In this document: positions 9,676 to 18,521 of the stretch, piece after piece
How the letters are laid out: every line of letters begins with the position of its first letter
Position numbering within the stretch: position 1 is the stretch's first letter
Source of the DNA: a virus
Length of the DNA stretch: 44,398 bases
IMG/VR virus record: IMGVR_UViG_3300045988_090220
Location: 1 to 44,398 of that record
Direction: 5' to 3' (one strand)
Made by a program: the position numbers and the translations under genes
The notes under the pieces: generated by a model
The model's database searches: none
Seen by the model: the letters and a program-made list of their open reading frames with translations, nothing else
What the model was told of the DNA's origin: nothing

Positions 9676-10196
9676 GAAAACACCTCCTTCGCAATCTCCG
9701 TGAGCCGGTCTTGCAGCTCCTTTACCGTTTCATACATCGGCATATTGGCAGGGTTGCCGTGGGTGATGACCACGAACCCGCCGTTCTTCTTTTCTTTCAG
9801 CACTCCGTTCGTGCCGGGGTCGCCGTAATAACCCCAAGAGTGCTGTTTGCCGTGACCCTGACCGTATTCGCCACGTTTCATACCGAGTTCTCCGGCTTCC
9901 GGGTGATCGTCCGGGTAGGTCACGCCTGTACCGAACTCAATGAACAAGGTAGCTCCGCCTGTCGCCACCACCGCTCGGACGTTGTTCCCACGGGGTTCCA
10001 CCGTCACGGAAACATCGTTCGTGCCATCATAAACAGCCCGCCCGAACTTGGCGGAAGCGATCTCTAAGCCCTCCTGCGCCACCCGGTCGAGAAAGACCGT
10101 AGTCCGCTCTTGAAGCCGGTTCTTCCGGTTCTCGGTTTCCCGTATAAGCCGCTCAATTCCTCTCCCGGAGAGCGGAGCATGGATCGTCTGACTCAC
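9672..10196 (-). CDS. HK97 gp10-like tail/head-joining component
   Basis: 174-aa ORF with 4-nt overlaps on both sides. Assigned by position in the connector block. Confidence 0.5.
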   Translation of the reverse strand: MSQTIHAPLSGRGIERLIRETENRKNRLQERTTVFLDRVAQEGLEIASAKFGRAVYDGTNDVSVTVEPRGNNVRAVVATGGATLFIEFGTGVTYPDDHPEAGELGMKRGEYGQGHGKQHSWGYYGDPGTNGVLKEKKNGGFVVITHGNPANMPMYETVKELQDRLTEIAKEVFS

Positions 10197-10567
10197 GATA
10201 CCGTCACCTTACTGACCGCATAGGAAATGGAATTGAGGGACTTGGCGACCCGCTTGACCATGTAATCGTAGAGCGGTTTCCCGTCCTCGTCATACTGCGG
10301 TTCCTTGTCAATGAACAGCACGGTATTCTCGTCAATGGGGCAGCTCAGGTCATCGGTGACGATCACCTTGTCGTACCCGGCGAAATTACCGAACTGCTCC
10401 ACCTGAGCGGAACCGGTCGCCGCCGAGATATTGGCGTTCATCGCCACGGCAGGCTTGTAAACCACCAGTTCCTCGCCGGTTTCATTGCCGTACTCGTCCT
10501 TTGCAGGCCCCTTGTGGTCATATAGCAGATACCAGAAAGGCGATTTGTTGCGGTTCAGTGTTCTCAT
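10193..10567 (-). CDS. Head closure / head-tail adaptor protein
   Basis: 124-aa ORF downstream of the gp6-like connector. Confidence 0.5.
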   Translation of the reverse strand: MRTLNRNKSPFWYLLYDHKGPAKDEYGNETGEELVVYKPAVAMNANISAATGSAQVEQFGNFAGYDKVIVTDDLSCPIDENTVLFIDKEPQYDEDGKPLYDYMVKRVAKSLNSISYAVSKVTVS

Positions 10568-10571
10568 GCAC

Positions 10572-10898
10572 TCAACCTCCCATTACAGCGGCAAAGGGAA
10601 CAATGTCCCTCAGCAGCGTAGGCGGCACATCGCCGTCTTCATAGGAGCGGGAGATACCATTCTCGCTGTGAGCGGTCTGCCCTTCGGCTCCCCGCTTGTT
10701 CAGCAGATACACGGCAACCTCTACCTGAATGTGAGCGTACTGGTCAGGAACAGCGGTCACGGTGGGGTCAAAGGGATATGCCTTGCGACACACCTTGCTT
10801 CCGGCGATAGAAAGGTAGGTGGAAAGCGTGTCCTCGTCTGTCTCGCCGGTCATGGCTTTTACCATTGTCAACTTCTCAGCGTCCGTCATGCTTTCCAC
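10572..10898 (-). CDS. Head-tail connector (gp6-like, DNA-packaging QLRG-type)
   Basis: 108 aa. N-terminus MESMTDAEKLTMVKAMTGETDEDTLSTYLSIAGSKVCRKAY resembles the Phage_connect_1 family. Position is after the capsid gene. Confidence 0.6.
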   Translation of the reverse strand: MESMTDAEKLTMVKAMTGETDEDTLSTYLSIAGSKVCRKAYPFDPTVTAVPDQYAHIQVEVAVYLLNKRGAEGQTAHSENGISRSYEDGDVPPTLLRDIVPFAAVMGG

Positions 10899-10904
10899 CT
10901 CCTA

Positions 10905-11222
10905 TCACTCAGCGGGTTCCTCGGACTCAGCGGGTTCCTCGGACTCAGCGGGTTCCTCGGACTCAGCGGGTTCCTCAGTTTTCTTGCGGGACTTCTTGAT
11001 AACAGGAATGGGATTTTTCTCGGACAGGTTGAACTTGGTAATGATTTCCTCGCGGGTGAGGGCTACGGGGTTGTCGAGAGTATCAACAACTACCGTACCC
11101 ATCACCACAGAGGTGCTTTCCAGTTCACGCCGAGTAATCACCTTGTCCTTTGCGGTAAAGCCTACGTTACGGAAGTGATCTCCCTCCCGCACATACACTT
11201 TTCCGTCAGAAACATAGAACAT
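10905..11222 (-). CDS. Small head-associated protein with C-terminal (EEPAES)x4 repeat
   Basis: 105-aa ORF immediately downstream of the major capsid gene. The C-terminus is encoded by an 18-bp x4 tandem repeat. Confidence 0.6.
   Translation of the reverse strand: MFYVSDGKVYVREGDHFRNVGFTAKDKVITRRELESTSVVMGTVVVDTLDNPVALTREEIITKFNLSEKNPIPVIKKSRKKTEEPAESEEPAESEEPAESEEPAE
10908..10979. repeat. 18-bp tandem repeat x4 (ctcagcgggttcctcgga), coding
   Basis: Four consecutive units read directly from the sequence. The last unit diverges at its end. Confidence 0.9.
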
Positions 11223-11233
11223 GGTGAACCTCC

Positions 11234-12262
11234 TTAGCCGTTGGTGATGATCTTTGCCAGCGCAATCGTCTTGGGGTCAGCCACGATAGACCAGTTGGCG
11301 GTAGCCGCAAGCTGAGCGTCCGTGGGAGAAGCGGTGTAGCCGGAAGTGGGCTTGGTAAAGCTGAAACCGTTGGGGTGCATGGTTTCACGGATACGAGTCA
11401 CCAGCGCGTCATAGCCGCCGCCCTTGAGAGCGTCACGGGTCAGCTCGGAAGGAACCTTCACGGGTGCGGGAGCGTACTGGATAGCGCCCAGACCAAGAAC
11501 GTAAGTGGTGTAGGTCGCTGCCTTGGAAGTATCCGCTGCGGTGGTGGGACAGCCATCGTCCACGATCACGGTCATGCCGTTCACCGTACCGATACGCAGG
11601 GGGCGCTCCACGCCGTTTGCGTCCGTGTACTTGAGGAAGTCCAGCAGTTTCAGGCCAGCCATGTTAGTGGCGACCTTGCTGTGCATAAACACAAGCTGGA
11701 AAGCGTCCTGATTGTCACCCACGGCCTTCTGGATAGCGTCACCGATGGTGGTAGCGCCCATCTTGTTAGCGTCCGCAACGGTGGTAGAAGCGGAAGACAG
11801 GTCGGTGGTGTGGTTCGCCCAATCAGCAAACTCACCGCTGCCGGTCACGCCGAAGACCGCATTGAGGATTTTCAGCATGATGGACTGGCGCTGCTTCTGC
11901 CAATACTTGGACACCTGAGACACGATCTGCTGCATGGGGTCGGCACCGCTGTTGTAGTCAACGATGAAGTCCTTCTCCTTCCAGCCGTGCGCGCGACCGA
12001 ATACGATACCATTCTGAGCGCCGCCAGCGGGGTCGGTCAGGGTGATGTCGGTTGCGCCATCGTAGTTCTCAGGAGTGCCGCCGATGACCTTGTAGAAGGG
12101 CAGGGTGTAGAAGTCAGAGCCGTTGGCAATCAGCCGTGCCAGCTCTGCGTTCGGAGCGACAGCGCCGCTCTCAAACATAGCGGTCAGGGTGGGGTCTTTC
12201 GCATTTGCCCAGTTGTAGTTAAACAGCTCAGGGTCAAACGGAAAACCGAGATAGGTAGCCAT
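11234..12262 (-). CDS. Major capsid protein
   Basis: 342-aa ORF following the scaffold gene, with a strong RBS. Length and position are typical of an HK97-fold capsid protein. Confidence 0.8.
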   Translation of the reverse strand: MATYLGFPFDPELFNYNWANAKDPTLTAMFESGAVAPNAELARLIANGSDFYTLPFYKVIGGTPENYDGATDITLTDPAGGAQNGIVFGRAHGWKEKDFIVDYNSGADPMQQIVSQVSKYWQKQRQSIMLKILNAVFGVTGSGEFADWANHTTDLSSASTTVADANKMGATTIGDAIQKAVGDNQDAFQLVFMHSKVATNMAGLKLLDFLKYTDANGVERPLRIGTVNGMTVIVDDGCPTTAADTSKAATYTTYVLGLGAIQYAPAPVKVPSELTRDALKGGGYDALVTRIRETMHPNGFSFTKPTSGYTASPTDAQLAATANWSIVADPKTIALAKIITNG

Positions 12263-12280
12263 AATGTTTTACCTCCATGA

Positions 12281-12841
12281 TTACTTCAAAATTGTCTGCC
12301 AGTCAGAGTGTTCCTTGATAAACTCCAACTGGGCTTTGGTGTCGAGTTTCAGAAAATCAGCCTTGGTCATCTCGCCGCCCTTACCACCGGCAGGAGGCTT
12401 GGGGGTTTCTTTCAGAACCTTGGCTTTCACATCTTTTTCATACTGTTCCAGAAACGTCTTCTGTGCTGCAAAGACCTTATCCATCTCACCGTTCGCCATA
12501 GCGGTAGCGGCTTCGGTCGCCAGCGGCTCAGGATAGCCCTGTGCGGCGAAACTCGCCTTGTAACTGGAAACGGTCTTCTCCTTTTCCAGCCCCGCCAACT
12601 TGTTCTTCATTTCCTCGAACATCTGCTCATTTTCCAACTTCTTGCGTTCTTCCTCAGAAAGCAGCTCATTGTGCTTCTTCTTCCAAGACGCAAGCTCGGA
12701 AGCGGTCTTGTCAAAGACATCTTTCTTCACATAGCCGGTATAATCAGGGTCGGGAAACTCGTAGTTTGCGAGGGCTTCCGCTTTCTGCTCTGCGGTCATA
12801 TTTGCAAAGCCCTCAATGGTGGAAACATCAATCTTTGCCAT
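12281..12841 (-). CDS. Capsid scaffolding protein
   Basis: Likely start MAKIDVSTIEGF (12841) after a GAAAGGAA RBS. Highly charged K/E-rich helical protein between portal and capsid genes. Confidence 0.7.
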   Translation of the reverse strand: MAKIDVSTIEGFANMTAEQKAEALANYEFPDPDYTGYVKKDVFDKTASELASWKKKHNELLSEEERKKLENEQMFEEMKNKLAGLEKEKTVSSYKASFAAQGYPEPLATEAATAMANGEMDKVFAAQKTFLEQYEKDVKAKVLKETPKPPAGGKGGEMTKADFLKLDTKAQLEFIKEHSDWQTILK

Positions 12842-12963
12842 ACAATCGTTCCTTTCTGCGCTTTTTAGAGTGCATCTCCGCACTATACCTTTGTGTTTAC
12901 GGTTCTCTCCGTTTTGTGATTTAAGGCTTCTCTGCCTATTCAACGCCTTACGGCGATTAAACC

Positions 12964-13006
12964 AAAAGAAAAAGGGCTACCAATACCTTTTCGGTATCAG
13001 TAGCCC
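12964..13006 (-). terminator. Rho-independent terminator-like hairpin
   Basis: Minus strand GGGCTAC..ATACC-GAAAA-GGTAT..GTAGCCC followed by TTTTTCTTTT. Directly preceded by a 27-nt box also found at 16372-16398. Confidence 0.55.
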
Positions 13007-13026
13007 GTAATGGCTGTCCCTACCGC

Positions 13027-13179
13027 CTATGCGATAGGCTGTTCATATTTCTTTTTGCTGCTGACCGCCCAAACAACCACCTTCTCGTGCCGCTCGGCGA
13101 TCTCAACAGTCTTTCCCGTAGTCAAGATTTCCTCAATCTTTCTGACCACTTCCGGGGTCAGGCGGATTTCCTTTTCCAT
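13027..13179 (-). CDS. Small hypothetical protein (50 aa)
   Basis: MEKEIRLTPEVVRKIEEILTTGKTVEIAERHEKVVVWAVSSKKKYEQPIA, with a GGAGG RBS. Overlaps the portal 3' end. Confidence 0.4.
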   Translation of the reverse strand: MEKEIRLTPEVVRKIEEILTTGKTVEIAERHEKVVVWAVSSKKKYEQPIA

Positions 13180-14560
13180 CAGGATTAACCTCCTTCTGCT
13201 TGCTTGCGAGTTCAGCGGCCTTTTTCTCCTGTTCCTCAGCATAATCCATACTCATACGGTAGGCAAGCTGCGGATCGGAGAACATACCGCAATGGGTAAA
13301 GGCCAGAACGGGAGCAATCTTGGGATTACTGAGCATAGTGGTCAATACGGTCGCTTTCTGAGCAATATTTTCATAATTGCGCCGAGTAAAGCGAACCTCC
13401 ACGTTCGACAACTTCAATTCCAGATCACTCAGATCGGAACAGATATGCAGAACCAACTTCAAGAACTCTTTTTCGGAGAGCTTGAACATCAGCTCGGAGT
13501 CCTTAGCTCTGGCTTCCGCTGCCGACCAACCGTCACGCATGATGACCGCAGAGCCGGTATCGCTGGTGGAAGAACCACCGTTGCGGTTCGGCATACCGCA
13601 AATCGTCAGCACCGTGTTATAGAGGTGATCGACCAGCGTTTGTGTCTGACTCTGGTTCAGTTCGGAAGTCAGATATTTGATCTCCGCTTTATACTGCGGG
13701 TCAATGTCCTTGAACTTAATTGCACCCTCGTCCCGCAGCTTGGAGAAATCATTGCCGGAAATGTCCACATTGTGAAACAGCATGAGCGCCTGAACGAACT
13801 GCTCCACACCGTCAAGACGGTTGCTGTCCACCGTATTGATAGCGTCCAGCAAGGGAAGGACGATCTCGAAAGCACCCAACCGGGCATTGTTCGCCGGGTA
13901 TTCAATAATGGGAATACCGAGTGATTGGGCTTCTTCCCGGACGATCATACTCTGGTTTTCAACCTCGAAATAGCGGTCTTTCGTATAAATGCTGTAAATC
14001 ACCGCACCGTCCGACCGCTGAATATACTTCACACCCATTACGGGCGGTTCCCCGATGGAATTGGCATATACCACGAAAGCAAACCGAGGGTCGAGGGTGT
14101 AAATCTCGAAGGGAGCTTCATCGCTTTCCTTCTCAAACACGCTGTCAGGAAGCACCATGCGGTATGCCGTGCCGCAGATGTGAAACCAATCTGCCAGTTC
14201 CTTATCCTTTGCGGCCTTATCCTCGGAAAGACAGTAGCCGTTCAGAGTGGTGATCTTGTCGGCAACCATCTTATCATCGCTTCGGCTGACATACTGAATG
14301 GGTTCCCCCATCAGATAGCCGACCTTGAAGGACACGATCTCATTGGCACGGTTCTCGACCACATTGTTTTGAATCTCAGGGCGGACTTCCTTTTTGCGGT
14401 TCAAAATCGGCTGTCTGCCTTTGTAGTAGGCATAGAGATATTCCATATCCGCTTTGTTCGACCAATGTGTGATAAGTGCCTTTCTCAGCACTTCCAGCAC
14501 ATTATCCCGTGTGATCTCCGTCACATCGGTAAAGATTTTCTTACGACCGAAACAGCCCAA
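13133..14560 (-). CDS. Portal protein (SPP1 gp6-like)
   Basis: 475-aa ORF downstream of terL. The start appears to be TTG preceded by GGGGAGG. N-terminal FGRKKIFTD..EITRDNVLEVL and YYKGRQPIL motifs resemble SPP1-family portals. Confidence 0.85.
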   Translation of the reverse strand: MGCFGRKKIFTDVTEITRDNVLEVLRKALITHWSNKADMEYLYAYYKGRQPILNRKKEVRPEIQNNVVENRANEIVSFKVGYLMGEPIQYVSRSDDKMVADKITTLNGYCLSEDKAAKDKELADWFHICGTAYRMVLPDSVFEKESDEAPFEIYTLDPRFAFVVYANSIGEPPVMGVKYIQRSDGAVIYSIYTKDRYFEVENQSMIVREEAQSLGIPIIEYPANNARLGAFEIVLPLLDAINTVDSNRLDGVEQFVQALMLFHNVDISGNDFSKLRDEGAIKFKDIDPQYKAEIKYLTSELNQSQTQTLVDHLYNTVLTICGMPNRNGGSSTSDTGSAVIMRDGWSAAEARAKDSELMFKLSEKEFLKLVLHICSDLSDLELKLSNVEVRFTRRNYENIAQKATVLTTMLSNPKIAPVLAFTHCGMFSDPQLAYRMSMDYAEEQEKKAAELASKQKEVNPDGKGNPPDPGSGQKD

Positions 14561-14598
14561 GACAGAATACCTCCCCTCTACCTATTTTCTCTCTTATC

Positions 14599-14627
14599 AT
14601 TGTATCAAACTCTCCAATGCTTGTCAA
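14599..14627 (-). promoter_or_regulatory. Consensus sigma70-type promoter upstream of the portal gene
   Basis: Minus strand TTGACA-17 nt-TACAAT, about 40 nt upstream of the portal start. A TGGTATAAT extended -10 also lies at about 14641-14649. Confidence 0.5.
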
Positions 14628-14673
14628 TAGTAAACTCTTAATTATACCATTCGCCACAACGAAAGTAAAGGAC

Positions 14674-16326
14674 TCAAATAGGCCGTTTGAAAACTTCCAC
14701 CTTGCCCCCGGACAGCATACGGATTTCGTTCTCCAACAGGGAGAGAGAGTCAGGAGCGTCATCGTGCGGAACCTTACCGGAGCGGGTGTAGGTGGTCACT
14801 TCCTTCATGAAATTCCAATACTGACTGCCCCGCTTGTAGGTGGAGGGGTGCTTGAAGTAGAAGTTCTTCTTGATGTTGTCGGAAGCGAACTCAATACGGG
14901 TCTGCTTGTTGGATATCGTGCGCTTCGTGCGGATACCAACAGAGTACCCACGCTCCCGAATGATCTGGTCAACATCTCTGGCATAATATTGACCGGCATT
15001 GTTGGACTCAAAGACAGCGGAAGCCGCCTTGTTCTCGATCAGGCACTTGGCACATTCCGGCTTCGTTACCTCAGCGGGAGAGTCATCAAAGACCACATCA
15101 ACGATATACACAGCATTGCCGTATATCATCGCCACCGGCATAGAGGTCGAGTCAGAGCCGCTTTCCGCCGTATCGCCAACGGCGATGATGGTGTCCGGGT
15201 CACGGTCTTTCGGCAGCTCAAAGAAGTAGTTCAGCTCGTCCTTGCCGAACAGCAGACCCTTCGCTTCAAAGGGCTGTTGCTGGAACTCACTCTCAAACTG
15301 CTCTGCGCTCAGAAGCTCCCGCTGCTCCCGGAAGTAGGCGGTAGTAAAGACCTTCTTGCCCTCCCGCTCGTATTCATAATTGCTCTCGTCCGTCACGAGA
15401 TCGAGGGCGGGTATCTCAATCGCTCTCCAAGCCCAGCCCTCCCGCTGTGCGTGTTCCTGCACACGACCGATGGGGTCATACAGGGAATAGCGAGTGCCGG
15501 TGAAAACCATCGGCGTACCTTCAATGGCACGACCCATAATATCGCCGGAGATCACTTCCCACTTGTCATCAAGCCGCTGGCGGTTCTTCGCCTCCTCACG
15601 ACCCTCCACACAGTCATCGAGGTAGAGGACATTGGTGGCTTCGGACAAGCCCACCTGTCGAGCGTCAATGGAACGACACATGATGGTGGGGAAACGGGAC
15701 TTGCTTTTCAGGTTCGCCGTCTTCGTGTCGGCATTGGTCTGTACCAGCCGTGCGTCCGGGAACACATCGTAGAACAGGTACTCGTTGGGAACTGTCAGGT
15801 ATTCCAGACAACCATTGTAGAAGCTCTTTACAAGGTCATCGCCTGTCCCTTCCATCAGAGTCGAGCGGTCAGGGAACTTGCCAGAGATCATATTCACAAA
15901 ATTGATACCCGTTTGAGACTTTCCCGCTCGTTTCGGCATGGAGATCGTCAAAAGACGCAGCTTCCCGTCCAGAACATCTTGAAACCCCTGTACCATCGGC
16001 CTGAGATAGTGCTTACGGGGAGCATAGAACCGCTTTTCCGGCTTGCGGTCGAGTTCGATATAAGTCATGAAGGAGTCAAAATCATGGGGCGCTTCAAAGA
16101 GAAGACACCGCCGCCACTGTTCATAGAACTTCGCCCCGCCGCCACGGACTACCTGATCTGCGGAGAGTGCCAACAACTTCTTGTTCATCTTATGTGCCGC
16201 CGAGAAATCCTCGGTTTCCCACTCCCGGCACAAAGAAAAGAGATCGCTGTACGCCCCGTTATCTCCCGGTCGGCGGTCGATCACGGCTCGAATAGAGCCG
16301 GAGAGTTTTTCATAATTCATGTGCAT
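14674..16326 (-). CDS. terL: Terminase large subunit
   Basis: 550 aa. Walker A-like MPKRAGKSQTG and a C-terminal nuclease-type region. Followed by the portal gene. The second ATG (16320) has better RBS spacing. Confidence 0.9.
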   Translation of the reverse strand: MHMNYEKLSGSIRAVIDRRPGDNGAYSDLFSLCREWETEDFSAAHKMNKKLLALSADQVVRGGGAKFYEQWRRCLLFEAPHDFDSFMTYIELDRKPEKRFYAPRKHYLRPMVQGFQDVLDGKLRLLTISMPKRAGKSQTGINFVNMISGKFPDRSTLMEGTGDDLVKSFYNGCLEYLTVPNEYLFYDVFPDARLVQTNADTKTANLKSKSRFPTIMCRSIDARQVGLSEATNVLYLDDCVEGREEAKNRQRLDDKWEVISGDIMGRAIEGTPMVFTGTRYSLYDPIGRVQEHAQREGWAWRAIEIPALDLVTDESNYEYEREGKKVFTTAYFREQRELLSAEQFESEFQQQPFEAKGLLFGKDELNYFFELPKDRDPDTIIAVGDTAESGSDSTSMPVAMIYGNAVYIVDVVFDDSPAEVTKPECAKCLIENKAASAVFESNNAGQYYARDVDQIIRERGYSVGIRTKRTISNKQTRIEFASDNIKKNFYFKHPSTYKRGSQYWNFMKEVTTYTRSGKVPHDDAPDSLSLLENEIRMLSGGKVEVFKRPI

Positions 16327-16338
16327 TTCCTTTCCAAT

Positions 16339-16377
16339 AAAAAACGAGCTACCCGTGTATTTCTACACAGATAGCCC
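16339..16377 (-). terminator. Terminator-like hairpin just upstream of terL
   Basis: Minus strand imperfect stem GGGCTATCTGTGTA-GAAA-TACACGGGTAGCTC followed by GTTTTTT. Preceded by a conserved 27-nt box (16372-16398). Confidence 0.45.
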
Positions 16378-16483
16378 GTCATGGCTGTCACTCCCGCCCT
16401 TGCAGAAGCCTTATTTATTTAACTTCAACAACTCCGCCAGTACAAAAATCGGCAGGAGAAGTATTAACAAAACGATATACATA

Positions 16484-17329
16484 TCACTCCACCACCAATT
16501 CACAGTCAATCCAGCTACCAGCACTCAAACATTCACCAACAAAGGTAATGGTATCTCCGACCTTGACTGTTTTAAGATTTTCTTCTTGCTCTTTCTCGAA
16601 CTCGGCGTAGAAAATAACGATTGTATTTCCTACCGTCTTCTCCAAGGTCAAGGTGGCTCCGCCTGTCAGATTAAACAATCCATCATTGGTCATGCCATCA
16701 ATTTTAGCAGTCACTCGATAGCGATTGTTTTTATACAGGTCATCGGCAACCAGTTCGTTTTCCTTATATGCCTTATAGATTTCCTCGAAAGTAGCAGTTC
16801 CTACCGTATCTTCTTCCTTCTCAGTTTCCTGTTTAGGGACAGTTTCGGACTTCTCGCTATTTTCTTGATTATCATTGGACGTTGTTTCTTTGGAGGGTTC
16901 GTTTAATTTTTTGAGAACTTCGGTTTCCTCGTAACCGCACCGGCTGCACCTTGTTACAAATTCACCATCACTCTCGGAGGTAGGTTTAATCCGGCTAACC
17001 TCCCGCATATCGTGTCCTAATCGTTTAATCGTCTCAGTCGTATCCCGGCCACACAAGTCACAATGATATTTTGTATATCCATCCTCTGTACAACTTGCTT
17101 CTTTCGTCTCAACGAGCCTATTCTCATGCTTGCACCATGTGGCTGGGGAGGTAAGTACACCGACTGTAATAACCGCCGCAAAGGAAATCCAAAACCACTT
17201 GAACCACTTCCATTTCGGCTTCTTTCTAATCTTTCGGATAATCCAAATCACCAAGAGAACGGGGGCGGCTATCAATTCGAGGGTGGCTATAAAGGAACAA
17301 ATGTTAGAAATTATTTGCATTTCAACCAA
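16484..17329 (-). CDS. Membrane protein with Zn-ribbon repeats and a C-terminal OB-fold (tRNA_anti-like) domain
   Basis: 281 aa. Two N-terminal hydrophobic helices, CxxxxxxxxC..CDLCG and CSRCG motifs, an acidic linker, and a C-terminus (YKENELVADDLYKNNRYRVTAKIDG...VKVGDTITFVGEC) that resembles the tRNA_anti-like OB family. Confidence 0.6.
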   Translation of the reverse strand: MVEMQIISNICSFIATLELIAAPVLLVIWIIRKIRKKPKWKWFKWFWISFAAVITVGVLTSPATWCKHENRLVETKEASCTEDGYTKYHCDLCGRDTTETIKRLGHDMREVSRIKPTSESDGEFVTRCSRCGYEETEVLKKLNEPSKETTSNDNQENSEKSETVPKQETEKEEDTVGTATFEEIYKAYKENELVADDLYKNNRYRVTAKIDGMTNDGLFNLTGGATLTLEKTVGNTIVIFYAEFEKEQEENLKTVKVGDTITFVGECLSAGSWIDCELVVE

Positions 17330-17942
17330 CCTTTCTTACTCGATCATACCATGTAGACCGACTAATGCCGAGTTCTCGACAACAGTCCGCTACGGTAATA
17401 AGACCGTCTTTTTGTTTTTGAGCGAGTTTTTCAAACTGCTCGTCATCAATCTCGGAAGCGGGTCTGCCGAACCCTCTGCCAGTCTTCACCGACACCCGCT
17501 TGCCATCGACAATCGGCATGGCGGCGATACCCTCAGCCTGCCGCTGCTTGGTCTTCTTACGCTCCTGCTCGGCAACAGCGCCAAGGACTTCAATCAGAAT
17601 GTTGTTGACCATTTCCAGCACCCATGTCTGGTCTTTGAAGTCAATCAGCGTGGTCGGAATGTCGAGGATACGGACGATCACACCCTTCTGCTTGAACCAT
17701 TCCAGTTCTCGCTTCATTTCGTCCTTGTTGCGCCCAAAGCGGTCGAACTCCTTGACGATGACTTCATCACCTTCCCGCACAATGGCCTTCAAAGCATTGT
17801 ACTGAGGACGGTCGAAGCTGCTTCCCGTGATCTTGTCGCAGTACACATTCTCGTCAGGAATATCGAACTTCTCACGGGCGACCTTGAGTTGCCGAGCAAG
17901 GTTCTGTTCCTTACTGGACACACGACCAAGGAAGTATTTCAT
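17322..17942 (-). CDS. Small serine recombinase (resolvase/invertase family)
   Basis: 206 aa. GRVSSKEQ catalytic-Ser motif, DRFGRN, AVAEQERKKTKQRQ and a C-terminal HTH (ELGISRSTWYDRV). Confidence 0.9.
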   Translation of the reverse strand: MKYFLGRVSSKEQNLARQLKVAREKFDIPDENVYCDKITGSSFDRPQYNALKAIVREGDEVIVKEFDRFGRNKDEMKRELEWFKQKGVIVRILDIPTTLIDFKDQTWVLEMVNNILIEVLGAVAEQERKKTKQRQAEGIAAMPIVDGKRVSVKTGRGFGRPASEIDDEQFEKLAQKQKDGLITVADCCRELGISRSTWYDRVRKVG

Positions 17943-17945
17943 GGT

Positions 17946-18179
17946 TCACTCCACCTCGTATCCACCGTCCGGCAGACGGGTATTGGCAGGAACAACGATG
18001 ACCTTGTAATCCATCGCTCTGAGCATAGTGGTCAGCAGGGACACGGGAATGTCCTTGACATTTTTGTTGTTCAAGCGTTCCCAAATGGTAGCGTTAGATA
18101 CCTTGAGCCTTTTTGCGAGTTCAGCGTTGGAAAGAGACTTGGAAGTCATGATCTCTTTCAGGATTTCTCGACCTCTCAT
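17946..18179 (-). CDS. XRE-type HTH DNA-binding protein
   Basis: Start MRGREILKEIM at 18179, set by the GAGGTG RBS and by the consensus promoter lying over the longer ORF start. HTH is LSNAELAKRLKVSNATIWERL. Confidence 0.75.
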   Translation of the reverse strand: MRGREILKEIMTSKSLSNAELAKRLKVSNATIWERLNNKNVKDIPVSLLTTMLRAMDYKVIVVPANTRLPDGGYEVE

Positions 18180-18197
18180 GTTTATCACCTCGGCTTT

Positions 18198-18226
18198 ATT
18201 ATACATATCAAGCGTTTTATTGTCAA
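18198..18226 (-). promoter_or_regulatory. Perfect consensus sigma70 promoter for the HTH-resolvase-membrane protein operon
   Basis: Minus strand TTGACA-17 nt-TATAAT. The spacer is made of the repeated motif CAATAAAACGCTTGA. Confidence 0.7.
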
Positions 18227-18237
18227 GCGTTTTCTTG
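18208..18237. promoter_or_regulatory. Two tandem copies of 15-mer TCAAGCGTTTT(A/C)TTG (operator- or res-like)
   Basis: Copies at 18208-18222 and 18223-18237. The same motif occurs four times at 20353-20438. Confidence 0.6.
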
Positions 18238-18521
18238 AAATTGATCTTTTTATTTTTTGCGGGTATTTTTCAGCTTACCCCGCCCTCGCTGCCGCTGGTA
18301 TATCCCCCGCCCCCGTCACCCATTCACGCCGCTCAGATCAGGCCGGAAAAGCGCAAAAAACAGGGCAGCTCTGCACCGCCCTAACACCCCCGCATTATAA
18401 CACCGCCGCAAACCCCATTAGAACGCCATACACGGCGTTTAGTATAGGCGGTAGTACCAGTATACCACCAAACCGCAAAAGCCCGTAAAACGCCCTTAAA
18501 ACGCCTTTACGGATAAAGCAT

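Noticed and set aside
10908-10979. Possible CRISPR array. The same question applies to the octamer array at 20620-20774.
   Set aside because: The units are 18 bp and 8 bp with no unique spacers of 25-40 bp between them. The first lies in frame inside a gene. No cas genes are present.
14617-16374. 585-aa plus-strand ORF.
   Set aside because: It is exactly antisense to the terminase large subunit gene. The minus-strand product has clear terminase motifs. The plus-strand translation is Leu/Arg/Val/Gly-rich with no recognisable motif or RBS.
17130-18488. 452-aa plus-strand ORF across the resolvase and HTH region.
   Set aside because: It is antisense to two well-supported genes (resolvase motifs, HTH). 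It also runs through a consensus minus-strand promoter and the non-coding C-rich block. It has no RBS and a low-complexity composition.
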